From the NCBI GenBank assembly GCA_013265495.1, contig MU062951.1:248001-312000 (forward strand): a DNA stretch of 64,000 nucleotides, in the 5' to 3' direction. A model generated the notes under the pieces. The model saw only the letters and a list, made by a program, of their open reading frames with translations. It ran no database searches and was not told the origin of the DNA. Shown here one piece after another: positions 63,480-64,000 of the stretch; the stretch's first letter is position 1; each line of letters begins with the position of its first letter. The position numbers and the translations under genes are program-made. Source of the stretch: Vicugna vicugna (taxonomy: Eukaryota).

Positions 63480-63720
63480 AGGCTGTTGTGAATGCCCTGT
63501 ACGCAGACCCTGGTGCACAGCAGGCTACACAACATGACTCAATGGATGGCACAGCTATTTCCAAGCGCTGCACCAATTTATACTCCCATCAGCAAGGGAG
63601 AAACATCCCAGCTGCTTTACAGATGACATATTCTTTCTGTCAGTCTGGTGCATGGGCAGTGGTATCTTCCCACATTCAATGTGCAGTTCTCTGGGCATTA
63701 ATTGGGTGAGATATCTTTCC
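63480..63720 (-). mobile_element. LINE-1 3' fragment, antisense
   Basis: gctatttccaagcgctgcaccaatttatactcccatcagc matches reverse L1 3' consensus text. Confidence 0.6.
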
Positions 63721-63822
63721 AAAGACAAGTCTCCTATATTCTCTTCTAAAAGCAGGAGAGTTTGTGCCCCACTCAGGTCTGCAGTCCACTAGGGGCTGAT
63801 GTTTGTAGACAAAGTAGGGATC

Positions 63823-64000
63823 TGTGCTGGTTTTAAAATATGCCCGTAAAGTACTTGATACATCTCCCTTCAGAAGGTGGGGCCTGACTCCCCTCCCCTT
63901 GAATGTGGACTGCACTGAGTGACTGGCTTACGATGAACAGAGTACGACAGAGCGCACAGCGTGTGCCGCCCAAGGTGAGGGGGTGAGGGGCACTGCGACT
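63823..64000 (+). mobile_element. MLT1E/F-like ERVL-MaLR LTR, truncated by the window end
   Basis: tgtgctggttttaaaatatgccc...ttgatacatctcccttcagaaggtggggcctgactcccctccccttgaatgtggactg matches the recalled MLT1 5' consensus. Confidence 0.75.

Overview
Mammalian gene-dense, GC-rich DNA syntenic with human 8q24.3. A Vic-1-like tRNA-derived SINE suggests a camelid. Eight known protein-coding genes could be reconstructed exon by exon with GT-AG junctions and consistent phases: ARHGAP39 (+, 5' part outside the window), C8orf82 ortholog (+), LRRC24 (+), LRRC14 (-), RECQL4 (+), MFSD3 (-), GPT (-) and PPP1R16A (-). The rest is old L1, MIR and MLT1 fragments, CpG-island promoters and six N-runs that look like masking rather than gaps. 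I find no convincing undescribed multi-gene system; most ORF-track entries are GC-rich noise. The best leads are: a near-perfect 104-bp tandem duplication of an ARHGAP39 splice acceptor; a 90-nt RECQL4 intron that appears to be coding in human; a predicted LRRC14 3'UTR running antisense across the whole LRRC24 CDS; an orphan promoter-like motif cluster just after the LRRC24 stop; a degenerate RECQL4 zinc knuckle; and two substitutions in the GPT PLP-binding loop. Comparisons with human and mouse proteins are from memory and need checking by alignment.
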